Below are positions 16,132 to 24,341 of a stretch of 46,325 nt of DNA, piece after piece. A program made the translations under genes and the position numbers. Source of the DNA: a virus; the IMG/VR virus record IMGVR_UViG_3300045988_046749. One strand, 5' to 3'. Positions within the stretch are counted from its first letter, which is position 1. Every line of letters starts with the position of its first letter. The notes beneath the pieces are model-generated. The model made no database searches and was not told the DNA's origin. It saw only the letters and a list, made by a program, of their open reading frames with translations.

Positions 16132-16450
16132 GAATCGAAACAATAATCGGAATAGCCACATCTTTCAATAACAACTTTTTAAATTCATGTTTTCTTTCAG
16201 CAATATAAGATTTTCCCTGTTCGGAAATCGCAATAGAGAGGGTTTTTCCTTTCACATATCTGACTTGACCGTCTTGATTGATTCTAGGAAAAGATTCTCT
16301 ATTAACAGAAACTAATTTTTCTTCTTCAAGAAAACTGGAAATTTTGATTTCATTTTCCGAAAGAGAAGAATATTCAATTTCTTCTTTGCTTGAAAGATAT
16401 TTCAAGAAATTAAATTGTTCTTTATTGAGATACAAAATATCACCTCCCAT
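16058..16450 (-). CDS. Hypothetical protein with C-terminal transmembrane helix
   Basis: 130 aa from the ATG at 16450. An alternative TTG start at 16435 sits 6 nt after GGAGGTGA. There is an extended -10 (TGATATACT) upstream on the minus strand. C-terminal TM: VAIPIIVSILTTLALNGL. Confidence 0.6.
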   Translation of the reverse strand: MGGDILYLNKEQFNFLKYLSSKEEIEYSSLSENEIKISSFLEEEKLVSVNRESFPRINQDGQVRYVKGKTLSIAISEQGKSYIAERKHEFKKLLLKDVAIPIIVSILTTLALNGLKLLPRLLQLLESHIP

Positions 16451-16646
16451 CTACTGGGAGTATATCACAAGAAAAGAGTGAGCGCATATCAAAAAGAAAT
16501 TATTTCATAGAGAAATAGGTGGTAAACAATGGGAGCAAATAATTTTACACACTTTACTGGAAAGAAATCTTCGTTCAAAACTAAAAAGAGAAAGAAGAAA
16601 GTAAAAGTGAAAAGAGTTCACAAAAACAAATATGAAAGGAGCGTAA

Positions 16647-16967
16647 ATGGACGCATTGCAATTTAATAAAGCCGTCAGTCGGCACTGCAAAGAATCTGGT
16701 GGAGACTGTTGCAAATGTGACCTACGGCTTTACTGTTACCTATCGCCAAGTGAGCGACCAGATGAGTTAGTGGGCCTGGTTATTGATTTTTTGCATAACC
16801 ACATTGAAAACCATGATCATTATACCCATCACACTGCGGCTTCATTTCCGTGTATTGATGATATGGACATGAGTACCGCAGTAGGCGGCGACTGTTACCA
16901 GAAACCTCATACTCTTCACAAACAGTCACATGCTTGTGAATCTTGTGGCAGTGATACAGTCGAGTGA
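16647..16967 (+). CDS. Cys/His-rich hypothetical protein
   Basis: 106 aa with SD AAAGGAG. Contains CKESGGDCCKCDLRLYC plus a His-rich centre. Confidence 0.6.
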   Translation: MDALQFNKAVSRHCKESGGDCCKCDLRLYCYLSPSERPDELVGLVIDFLHNHIENHDHYTHHTAASFPCIDDMDMSTAVGGDCYQKPHTLHKQSHACESCGSDTVE

Positions 16968-17073
16968 TTGTTTCAACCATATAGTTCTCCTTTCTCCATA
17001 CTCGGCATGGAGGTGCCTGTAATTACATTATAGGTAGGAGAGAAAGAAAAAGACAATAGAAAGGAGCAAATAA

Positions 17074-17202
17074 TTGAAAAAAGTAGACTGGTCGATAGTA
17101 GCAATCGTACTCAGCATACTTTCCGTTTTAATAAATCTTTGTTTTAGCGGACGAGATTTATTAAGAAATTTACGTTGGATATTATCTTGTCTAGGTTGGT
17201 AA
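17074..17202 (+). CDS. 42-aa membrane peptide
   Basis: TTG start 7 nt after AAGGAG. LKKVDWSIVAIVLSILSVLINLCFSGRDLLRNLRWILSCLGW. Like the 16042 peptide, it ends in LGW. Confidence 0.4.
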   Translation: MKKVDWSIVAIVLSILSVLINLCFSGRDLLRNLRWILSCLGW

Positions 17203-17242
17203 GTATTGAAAAGAAAGTTCTTAACATGGAGGTGAAAACAAA

Positions 17243-17569
17243 ATGTTAGACTGCACAGTCATTGAAAATATTATCGGCCAGGTTTTCGTTCGGCTTGAAA
17301 TGACGAGCCACGACTGGTCGAAATTAAAAACGTCAGGTGTGTGGAGTCAGGTGGAACAGATTCTAATGGAATCTGAAACACAAAATAGCCGCTGTTCCAG
17401 ACATAACTATGCCGAAGAAATTCCAAGTGAGCAGACAAATAATGAATATCTGAAAGAACAGTTCGGAATATATTCACGATATGTGAAATCATTATCCACC
17501 TGTACACACGTTTTAGCAGTTATTTCAATAATTGCTCTAATAATTTCAATAGTGGCTCTGATTGTATAG
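17243..17569 (+). CDS. Hypothetical protein with C-terminal membrane anchor
   Basis: 108 aa with SD GGAGGTGA. The C-terminus is VLAVISIIALIISIVALIV. Confidence 0.6.
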   Translation: MLDCTVIENIIGQVFVRLEMTSHDWSKLKTSGVWSQVEQILMESETQNSRCSRHNYAEEIPSEQTNNEYLKEQFGIYSRYVKSLSTCTHVLAVISIIALIISIVALIV

Positions 17570-17670
17570 AGATTGAGAAAAGACCGGTAATCAGCGCAAT
17601 GATGGACAGAACAGTGGTTATCCAGAATTGAGAAATATCTTGGAAGTATACCAAAAGAAAGGAGCAAATT

Positions 17671-17928
17671 ATGAGTAAAATTTTTATTCCACACGAGCTT
17701 AAAACCATCGAAGTTGACACAGAAAAGAAAATCTTCCGCATCAATGGAGAAGATTTTGGATATGGATGCACAGGTTTTATGATTTCCTGCACACCGGAGG
17801 ATTTCCGAATTGATATGGAAGTGGACACGACCGTACACTTTGTAAGCTATTCCAATAAAGGAGAATTGAGAGAGCAGGGAACATATAAAGCAGAAGTTCC
17901 TTTGGTTGAGTCACACAGAGCACCGTAA
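17671..17928 (+). CDS. Hypothetical protein
   Basis: 85 aa with SD AAAGGAG 7 nt upstream. Confidence 0.6.
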   Translation: MSKIFIPHELKTIEVDTEKKIFRINGEDFGYGCTGFMISCTPEDFRIDMEVDTTVHFVSYSNKGELREQGTYKAEVPLVESHRAP

Positions 17929-18009
17929 GATTCCAGAAGATGACCGGAAGTAAAAAGAAACAAACAGCATATCTTAACATAGTGAATGCATAAAAAAGGA
18001 GGTTTACTG

Positions 18010-18165
18010 ATGGCAGTAATCAAAACAATCAAAATGGGATCTGGGGTAATCAGAATACATGATGATTACTGCAAAGATAATACACCGGAGGACAATCAAA
18101 GGATTGTTGATGAATGCTCAAGAATTATCTTGGACTACTACAGAAGAAAAGAAGCAAAGGCATAA
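18010..18165 (+). CDS. 51-aa hypothetical protein
   Basis: ATG 7 nt after AAAGGAGGT. MAVIKTIKMGSGVIRIHDDYCKDNTPEDNQRIVDECSRIILDYYRRKEAKA. Below the track cutoff. Confidence 0.55.
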   Translation: MAVIKTIKMGSGVIRIHDDYCKDNTPEDNQRIVDECSRIILDYYRRKEAKA

Positions 18166-18290
18166 GCGCCCCGGAGGGAGTCACGACCTCCACCCCGGAG
18201 CAGTAAGCCACTAAACCTAACTTAGTGGATACAGGTAAATTATAATCCTCTATCCGCTAAAAAGTCAATATTAAGCGAGAGGAAAATAAC

Positions 18291-18476
18291 ATGGAAAATA
18301 AAAAAAATGTAACAAACAATGAAAAGATTACATGGAACGATTTGGAAACAATGCTGGCTACCGAAATCGTAAGAAAAGCAAAAAGAGAGACTAAGAAGTG
18401 GTTCAGTGCATGGCTTTTGACTGCCGCGCTGTTAATCCTTACTAATATCTTTTGGTATATTGCTTACAGTCTGTAA
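18291..18476 (+). CDS. Small membrane protein
   Basis: 61 aa with C-terminal TM WFSAWLLTAALLILTNIFWYIAY. Confidence 0.55.
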   Translation: MENKKNVTNNEKITWNDLETMLATEIVRKAKRETKKWFSAWLLTAALLILTNIFWYIAYSL

Positions 18477-18503
18477 TCTTTTTTCTTTTTGGAGGGAAAA
18501 AGA

Positions 18504-18659
18504 ATGAAATCACCCAGACAGAACAGAAAGGATATCGTAGTCAGTGCGATTATCGGGATCCTGCTTACTTTTCTTCCGTTGTGGATGTGGGAGAAGAGCT
18601 TGCAGCAGATCCTGGCAGGCATTGTATTTGCACTGTTTACGTATTTAGCACTGCTTTAA
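18504..18659 (+). CDS. 51-aa two-TM membrane protein
   Basis: ATG after GGAGGGAAAAAGA. MKSPRQNRKDIVVSAIIGILLTFLPLWMWEKSLQQILAGIVFALFTYLALL. Preferred over the overlapping track ORF 18452..18682. Confidence 0.55.
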   Translation: MKSPRQNRKDIVVSAIIGILLTFLPLWMWEKSLQQILAGIVFALFTYLALL

Positions 18660-18674
18660 GAAAGGAGAATGGAA

Positions 18675-19046
18675 ATGTTTGAAAAAGAAATCAAAGAGCT
18701 TTTTGAATTAGCGTGGAGGGTTTCAAACGAAACAGATTATTTTGTTTCGTTCGATATTGCTTCGCATGTGCATGCTTGCGATATCAACATTATGAATTCA
18801 AAGTGGGATTCGTGTAAGAAAATGGATGGCAATTATATAATCTATTTTGATAGTAAATTGCTTAAAGAGGAATCGGCTGAGCAGTGTAAGCTTGCAAAAG
18901 CACATCTTCTTAGGCTCTTAATAGATGGGAGGTGTCCGTTAAATGCTGAATCAGATGGAGTTGAAGCTCCTGCCGACAATGGAACTGATCACAACGGTGA
19001 ACGAGCTTCTGGGGGAGCTGAACAGACGGAAAGCATACATTCTTGA
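18675..19046 (+). CDS. Hypothetical protein
   Basis: The second ATG (18675) is 7 nt after AAGGAG. The last ~100 nt overlap the next gene. Confidence 0.5.
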   Translation: MFEKEIKELFELAWRVSNETDYFVSFDIASHVHACDINIMNSKWDSCKKMDGNYIIYFDSKLLKEESAEQCKLAKAHLLRLLIDGRCPLNAESDGVEAPADNGTDHNGERASGGAEQTESIHS

Positions 19047-19179
19047 TTGGGAAAATCCGGATATGTATCTGAACCATCTTGAGTACCATTGCGCCGGCGG
19101 AACATTTTCGAATGGCAAAAAAAATCTGGTGAGAGGGGATGGTTCTGACAATGTGTATTGCTTTTTTAAGGCGGTGTAA
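18943..19179 (+). CDS. Hypothetical protein
   Basis: 78 aa with SD GGGAGGTG 7 nt upstream. Confidence 0.55.
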   Translation: MLNQMELKLLPTMELITTVNELLGELNRRKAYILDWENPDMYLNHLEYHCAGGTFSNGKKNLVRGDGSDNVYCFFKAV

Positions 19180-19181
19180 AC

Positions 19182-19355
19182 ATGGAAGAACGCATTAATG
19201 AAATTGTTAGATTGATTGATACTCAGCTTGCTATTGTGCCGGATAATCCGATAGAGGAATCATACAAGTCAAGGATATTGGCGAGCTACGTACAAGCCTT
19301 AAATGGGCTTTTAACGGCTCAGAAATCATATAAGGAGGAAAGTATCAGTGAGTGA
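19182..19355 (+). CDS. 57-aa hypothetical protein
   Basis: ORF MEERINEIVRLIDTQLAIVPDNPIEESYKSRILASYVQALNGLLTAQKSYKEESISE, packed tightly between neighbouring genes. Confidence 0.45.
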   Translation: MEERINEIVRLIDTQLAIVPDNPIEESYKSRILASYVQALNGLLTAQKSYKEESISE

Positions 19356-19548
19356 ATTTGAAATCCGTATTCCGGCAAGGAAGAAGCAGCCTGCAACCGA
19401 TAAGGATAACCCTGTCGTGAAAGTATCGCCGGAAGCATACAACGCACTGGTTGAGATTTATAACGAATCAACCATATCAATGAAGGATATCGCAAGTTTG
19501 CTGATTGTTGAAGGAAGTAAGCATGTGGTTTATGACAAGGAGGAATAA
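19348..19548 (+). CDS. Hypothetical small protein (possibly DNA-binding)
   Basis: 66 aa with a GTG start after AAGGAGG. Confidence 0.5.
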   Translation: MSEFEIRIPARKKQPATDKDNPVVKVSPEAYNALVEIYNESTISMKDIASLLIVEGSKHVVYDKEE

Positions 19549-19550
19549 CT

Positions 19551-20201
19551 ATGGCGACACCCGTATTAATTATTGGAAAATCTGGTTCTGGCAAAAGTAC
19601 CAGTCTTAGAAACTGCCAGAATGAGCACTGGAATCTTATTAGAGTATTGAATAAACCGCTTCCATTTAAAGGAAAGATTGATGGATGGTTTACAGATGAT
19701 TACCAGCAGGTAATGAAGTGCCTGATCGCATCAAAAGCGGAGTCAATTGTAATTGATGATGCAGGTTATCTTATCACAAACCACTTTATGCGTGGACACG
19801 CTTCTGCCGGAAAAGGCAATGCGGTATTCGCTCTGTACAATGATATTGGAGACTATTTTTGGAATCTTATCCAGTTTATTGTCACGAAAGTGTCTCAGGA
19901 CAAGATTGTGTACATGATGATGCACGAAGAAAAGGACGATTCCGGAGATGTGAAGCCAAAAACCATTGGAAAGCTACTTGACGAAAAGATTTGTTTAGAA
20001 GGTCTTTTTACGATTGTTCTCCGCTGCATTGAAGAGAGTGGAAAACACTTATTTGTCACCCAGTCCAGCCAGGGAGCAGTAAGTAAGTCCCCGATTGGAA
20101 TGTTTGACAGTTTGACTATTGATAACGACCTTGCAGAAGTTGACAAGGTTATAAGAAATTATTATGAATTAGGAGGAACAGACAATGCAGAAACCAAATA
20201 A
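19551..20201 (+). CDS. AAA_24/Sak4-like P-loop ATPase (recombination/replication)
   Basis: Walker A at the N-terminus (LIIGKSGSGKST) and Walker B-like SIVIDDAG. Followed by an SSB-like gene, as in Sak4 modules. Confidence 0.6.
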   Translation: MATPVLIIGKSGSGKSTSLRNCQNEHWNLIRVLNKPLPFKGKIDGWFTDDYQQVMKCLIASKAESIVIDDAGYLITNHFMRGHASAGKGNAVFALYNDIGDYFWNLIQFIVTKVSQDKIVYMMMHEEKDDSGDVKPKTIGKLLDEKICLEGLFTIVLRCIEESGKHLFVTQSSQGAVSKSPIGMFDSLTIDNDLAEVDKVIRNYYELGGTDNAETK

Positions 20202-20796
20202 TTACGATACTACAAAGACAGCAGGAGAATTTGAACCGATTGTGCTCGGCGGTCACAAGATGGTTATCAAGCAGGTATCAGAAAAGAAATCACAGGGTGG
20301 GCTTAATATGCTTGTTATCTTGTTTGATTTCGCAGAAGGAGACGAACAGGCATGGTACTTTATGAAGCAGTTTGAGAACGATATCCGTCCAGACAAGAAG
20401 TATCCGAATGCCGGTACTAACTATATGGTTATTGACGAGAGTGTAGATTATGGTGTCCGTAACCTTAAAACATTTATCACATGCGTAGAAAAGTCAAATC
20501 CGGGTTTTGCTGTTAAGTGGGGTGACAACTTCGGACAGCAGTTTAAAGGTAAGCTAATCGGCGGTATCTTCCGTCTGGAGAAAGACTGGTACGAAAACAA
20601 AGAAGTAAAACGTCACAAGCTTGCATGGTTCCGTAGTATTGAGGGAATTAAGGATGCAGATATCCCAGAAGAGCGCACCACAAAAGCCTATGATGATCAT
20701 CTGAAAGAAGAAGCTATCATGGGAGCGAATCCGGCAGGTACGGACTTTATGAGTATTCCAGATAGCGTAGCAGATGATGTCCTTCCGTTCAATTAA
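20185..20796 (+). CDS. DUF669-like single-strand DNA-binding protein
   Basis: N-terminal pattern EFEPIVLGGHKMVIKQVSEKKSQGGLNMLVILF and an acidic SSB-type tail ending DDVLPFN. Confidence 0.55.
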   Translation: MQKPNNYDTTKTAGEFEPIVLGGHKMVIKQVSEKKSQGGLNMLVILFDFAEGDEQAWYFMKQFENDIRPDKKYPNAGTNYMVIDESVDYGVRNLKTFITCVEKSNPGFAVKWGDNFGQQFKGKLIGGIFRLEKDWYENKEVKRHKLAWFRSIEGIKDADIPEERTTKAYDDHLKEEAIMGANPAGTDFMSIPDSVADDVLPFN

Positions 20797-20811
20797 TATA
20801 GAGGTGAGTTA

Positions 20812-21432
20812 ATGGGATATACACATGGAATACCATGGAACGACGATCTTATCAAAGAAAATATCATGATAGTTGTTGAGAAATTGAATTTAGATCATTT
20901 TCCAACTCATTCCGAAATGATAGAAGTTTTTGGAAACAAAAGCCTTGCTTGCAAGATTGCAAAGCATAAAGGGACTGTATATTGGGCTGAAAAACTTGGA
21001 CTGCCTCTTAAATATTCTGATACAACTTTTGGAAACAAATATGAAATAAAAGCAATTTCAGATATTTACGAGAATGTCGGATTGAATAGTGTTCAAACAA
21101 GCTCAAGGCATCCTTATGATTTGCTTACTGATAACAGTGTAAAAATAGACGTAAAAGTATCTAAGGAATTTACAAACAATTGTAATTCAAAGGCATTTAC
21201 ATTCAACCTCGAAAAGAAAAATCCGACTTGCGACATCTTCCTTTTATATTGTTTGAATGATGATGAAACATATCGGAAGGTATTAATAATTCCTTCCTGT
21301 TCAACCATCGGAAAAACGCAAATAGGAGTAGGAGAGAATAGTAAGTGGAATCGTTACGAAAATCGTTGGGAGATTATAAAACAGTATAGTGAATTCTTTG
21401 GAAAATACAAATACAAGAAGGATGTGATCTGA
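20812..21432 (+). CDS. PD-(D/E)XK-like nuclease (candidate free-standing homing endonuclease)
   Basis: 206 aa and AT-rich. Putative catalytic pattern PYDLL...KIDVKVSK. Confidence 0.4.
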   Translation: MGYTHGIPWNDDLIKENIMIVVEKLNLDHFPTHSEMIEVFGNKSLACKIAKHKGTVYWAEKLGLPLKYSDTTFGNKYEIKAISDIYENVGLNSVQTSSRHPYDLLTDNSVKIDVKVSKEFTNNCNSKAFTFNLEKKNPTCDIFLLYCLNDDETYRKVLIIPSCSTIGKTQIGVGENSKWNRYENRWEIIKQYSEFFGKYKYKKDVI

Positions 21433-21930
21433 TTGGTCATACAATGTGATACACGTGAACATAAAAACGAATGGGAACGGATTCAAAAGCAGTTTGAAAA
21501 CCTCGGAGTACAATATTTCCGGTCAAAGTTATACTGTGGAGATTATCAGTCTTTAGACAATGCAAAGCTCTGTATTGACCGTAAAAAGGATTTACAAGAG
21601 CTTTGTGGAAATGTCTGCCAACAGCATGAAAGATTCAAAGCAGAGCTTATCAGAGCGCGTGAAGCAGGTATTCAGTTGATTATCCTGTGTGAACATGGTG
21701 AAGATATCAAATCAATTGTTGATGTGTATTTTTGGGAGAATCCAAGAAAACACAAAGCTATCTGGAAGACAGTAAACGGCAAAAAGGTTAAGACTGTAAT
21801 ATCGGACAAGGCTGTTGATGGTTGCCAGTTGTACAAATCTCTTTGCACGATCAGAGATAAATACGGCGTCCGATTTGAATTCTGTACAAAAGAAGAGACT
21901 GGACGGCGAATAGTGGAGTTGTTGTCATGA
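21433..21930 (+). CDS. ERCC4/Mus81-like structure-specific nuclease
   Basis: Motifs IQCDTREH, CGDYQS and IDRKKDLQEL, with a TTG start abutting the previous stop. Confidence 0.55.
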   Translation: MVIQCDTREHKNEWERIQKQFENLGVQYFRSKLYCGDYQSLDNAKLCIDRKKDLQELCGNVCQQHERFKAELIRAREAGIQLIILCEHGEDIKSIVDVYFWENPRKHKAIWKTVNGKKVKTVISDKAVDGCQLYKSLCTIRDKYGVRFEFCTKEETGRRIVELLS

Positions 21931-22424
21931 CAAAAGATGAAATCAAGCAATCAGTGAAAATGCCTGAGATTCTTTCTAGATATGGGCTTAAGCCAAATAG
22001 AGCCGGTTTTATATGTTGCCCTTTTCACAAGGAAAAGTCAGCGTCATGTAAGATCTACGATAATTCCTTTTATTGTTTCGGCTGCGGAATCGGCGGTGAT
22101 GTGTTTGATTTCGTGATGCAATACGAATCCGTCCCTTTTAGCACTGCATTTATTGAGCTGGGCGGTACTTATGTATCAAAAAAAGGTAAAAGCCGCAACC
22201 AGATTAGACACGAAGTGCGAGATATCAAATCAAAAAAATATAATCCCGCTCAGGATCCTAATGAACTTGAACAGGTAGAAAAGAACATACTTATGTACGA
22301 AACAGCGCTAAAAACCTTCCCTCCTGGTTCAGAAGAGTGGTATATGTGCCAGTTCAACCTTGAAAAAGAAAGAAGCAGATATGAAATATTGTCAGCTAAG
22401 GCAGGAGGTGAGAAGCATTCTTGA
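21927..22424 (+). CDS. CHC2 zinc-finger protein (DnaG-type primase N-terminal module only)
   Basis: CPFHKEKSASCKIYDNSFYCFGCGIGGDVFDF. Only 165 aa, and no TOPRIM region was recognised. Confidence 0.75.
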   Translation: MTKDEIKQSVKMPEILSRYGLKPNRAGFICCPFHKEKSASCKIYDNSFYCFGCGIGGDVFDFVMQYESVPFSTAFIELGGTYVSKKGKSRNQIRHEVRDIKSKKYNPAQDPNELEQVEKNILMYETALKTFPPGSEEWYMCQFNLEKERSRYEILSAKAGGEKHS

Positions 22425-24339
22425 AAATATTGAAAATTTGCAAGCGAATGATTTTATGCAGAAGCAACTGTATGAAGAACTTTTTTCAATAAAAAGTAAA
22501 ATCGACCGTTCGGAAGCTAAATTTAAGTTAATTGACAGGGCGAAGAGTGTAAGGGCAAAAAGCATAGCCGAGGAATTCATAAAAGAATTCCAGAAAGCAG
22601 AACAGGACAAGGAAAAAGAAGAAAAAGCAAATCGTTCTATGCAGTTAGTTGAAAATATCACAAACTTTTATGGGGATGATATTGGAAAAGAATATCCAAA
22701 CATGGCTTGTGGCAGCTGGATAGCTACAGAAAACGGAATATTTTCTTCTGAAACATCCAAGGCGAGAGAACTTGTATGCCACCATCCAATCATGCCGATA
22801 CGTCGACTGAAAAATATTGAAACAGGCGAAGAACAGATCACAGTGGCTTTTAAAAGAGATGGATGCTGGACAGAAATAACTGTTCCAAAAATCGACATTG
22901 TGACTTCCAGGGCGATAACTAATCTTGCAAGGTTCGGTGTGCAGGTCAACTCGGAGAATGCAAGGCTTCTTGTGAAGTATCTGGCGGACGTTGAAATGTA
23001 CAATGCCGATATGATCGACATACAGCACTCTACGAGCAAGTTGGGGTGGCATGGCAATGTATTTGTACCTTACGACCTTTCAATCGTCTTTGACGGCGAA
23101 TACCGCTTTAAAACACTATTCCAGAGTATACAGGAAAGTGGAGACTACTTCAAGTGGGTGACTCTGGCTAAACAGTTACGGTCGTGCGGACGATTAGAAC
23201 CACGAATAGCACTGGCGGCATCTTTTGCAAGTGTGCTTGTACAACCGCTTGATGCATTGCCGTTCATCGTAGACTTCTATGGACAGACAGGCGGCGGCAA
23301 GACAGTAACGATCAACATAGCTGCATCTATCTGGGGAAACCCGTCGCCAGGATCCTACGTTGGGAATTTCCGGTCAACAGATACGTCATTGGAGACAAGA
23401 GCAGACATGCTTAATAACTTTCCGATGATCCTCGATGACTCTAAGAACGCTTCTCAATATATTCGGGACAACTACGAAACATTGATTTACAATCTCTGTT
23501 CCGGTAAAGGGAAAGGAAGATCAAATAAGGACCTCGGAGCAGCTAAGGAGAATACATGGAGTAATGTAACCATTTGCAACGGCGAGAATCCTATTTCAGA
23601 ATTTGCAGATTCCGGTGGAGCAATCAACAGAATTGTTGAAATTGAGTGTTGCGAGGATATTTACGAGAATCCGGCAGAGATTAACAGCACTGTAATGAAA
23701 AATTATGGTTTTGCTGGAAGAGTATTTGTTGGAAATCTTAAAAAATTTACACCGGATGAGTTAAAAGAAATGAAGTCTGAGATTGAAAAGGGCTTTGATG
23801 GATATAATTTTCCGGCAAAACAGGTCATGGCTATATCCACGCTCCTACTGGCTGACAAATTAGCTACAGATTTCATATTTAAGGATGGACGTGAGCTGAC
23901 AGTCGAGGATGTTGTGGACATACCTACACGCAAGAAAGACGTATCGGAAGGACAGAGATGCTATGAATTTATCATCGAAAGTCTTTCTGTGTACGGGCAG
24001 CACTTTGATGCGCAATTCAGTTGCGATCAGTGGGGATTTAAGGAAACACTAGATGAGTATGGAGATGTATATGTATATTTTTATCCGAAACCTCTTGAAA
24101 ATCTCCTAAAGAACAACGGATTCTCCAGAAAAGCCTTTTCAGCATGGGCGATTAATCGAGAATTAATTAAGCATACGGGAAAAAGGGATACGGTAATAAA
24201 AAGAGATGGGGGAAGTGTAATGAGACTTGTTGCTGTAAAGATTATTGATATAAAAGATCTTGAAGACGAACAGGAAAATGAGCATGTTGAAGCTGATTTT
24301 ATACCTGCCAATACTGGAACAAGTGTTCCGTTTTCATGA
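22381..24339 (+). CDS. P-loop replicative helicase (DUF927/D5-like, SF3-type)
   Basis: Walker A YGQTGGGKT and Walker B MILDDSK. The start is uncertain (22360 TTG, 22381 ATG or 22455 ATG) and the ORF overlaps the zinc-finger ORF. Confidence 0.65.
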   Translation: MKYCQLRQEVRSILENIENLQANDFMQKQLYEELFSIKSKIDRSEAKFKLIDRAKSVRAKSIAEEFIKEFQKAEQDKEKEEKANRSMQLVENITNFYGDDIGKEYPNMACGSWIATENGIFSSETSKARELVCHHPIMPIRRLKNIETGEEQITVAFKRDGCWTEITVPKIDIVTSRAITNLARFGVQVNSENARLLVKYLADVEMYNADMIDIQHSTSKLGWHGNVFVPYDLSIVFDGEYRFKTLFQSIQESGDYFKWVTLAKQLRSCGRLEPRIALAASFASVLVQPLDALPFIVDFYGQTGGGKTVTINIAASIWGNPSPGSYVGNFRSTDTSLETRADMLNNFPMILDDSKNASQYIRDNYETLIYNLCSGKGKGRSNKDLGAAKENTWSNVTICNGENPISEFADSGGAINRIVEIECCEDIYENPAEINSTVMKNYGFAGRVFVGNLKKFTPDELKEMKSEIEKGFDGYNFPAKQVMAISTLLLADKLATDFIFKDGRELTVEDVVDIPTRKKDVSEGQRCYEFIIESLSVYGQHFDAQFSCDQWGFKETLDEYGDVYVYFYPKPLENLLKNNGFSRKAFSAWAINRELIKHTGKRDTVIKRDGGSVMRLVAVKIIDIKDLEDEQENEHVEADFIPANTGTSVPFS

Positions 24340-24341
24340 TT

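Noticed and set aside
16529-16666. 45-aa highly basic ORF (MGANNFTHFTGKKSSFKTKKRKKKVKVKRVHKNKYERSVNGRIAI) upstream of the 16647 gene
   Set aside because: It has a weak SD-like AGGTGG, but the sequence is an A-rich lysine run that any A-rich spacer would encode, and it overlaps the next gene's start. There is too little evidence to call it.
18452-18682. 76-aa track ORF
   Set aside because: It has no SD and an implausible sequence. The overlapping frame starting at 18504 has GGAGGG at the correct spacing and encodes a clean two-TM peptide.
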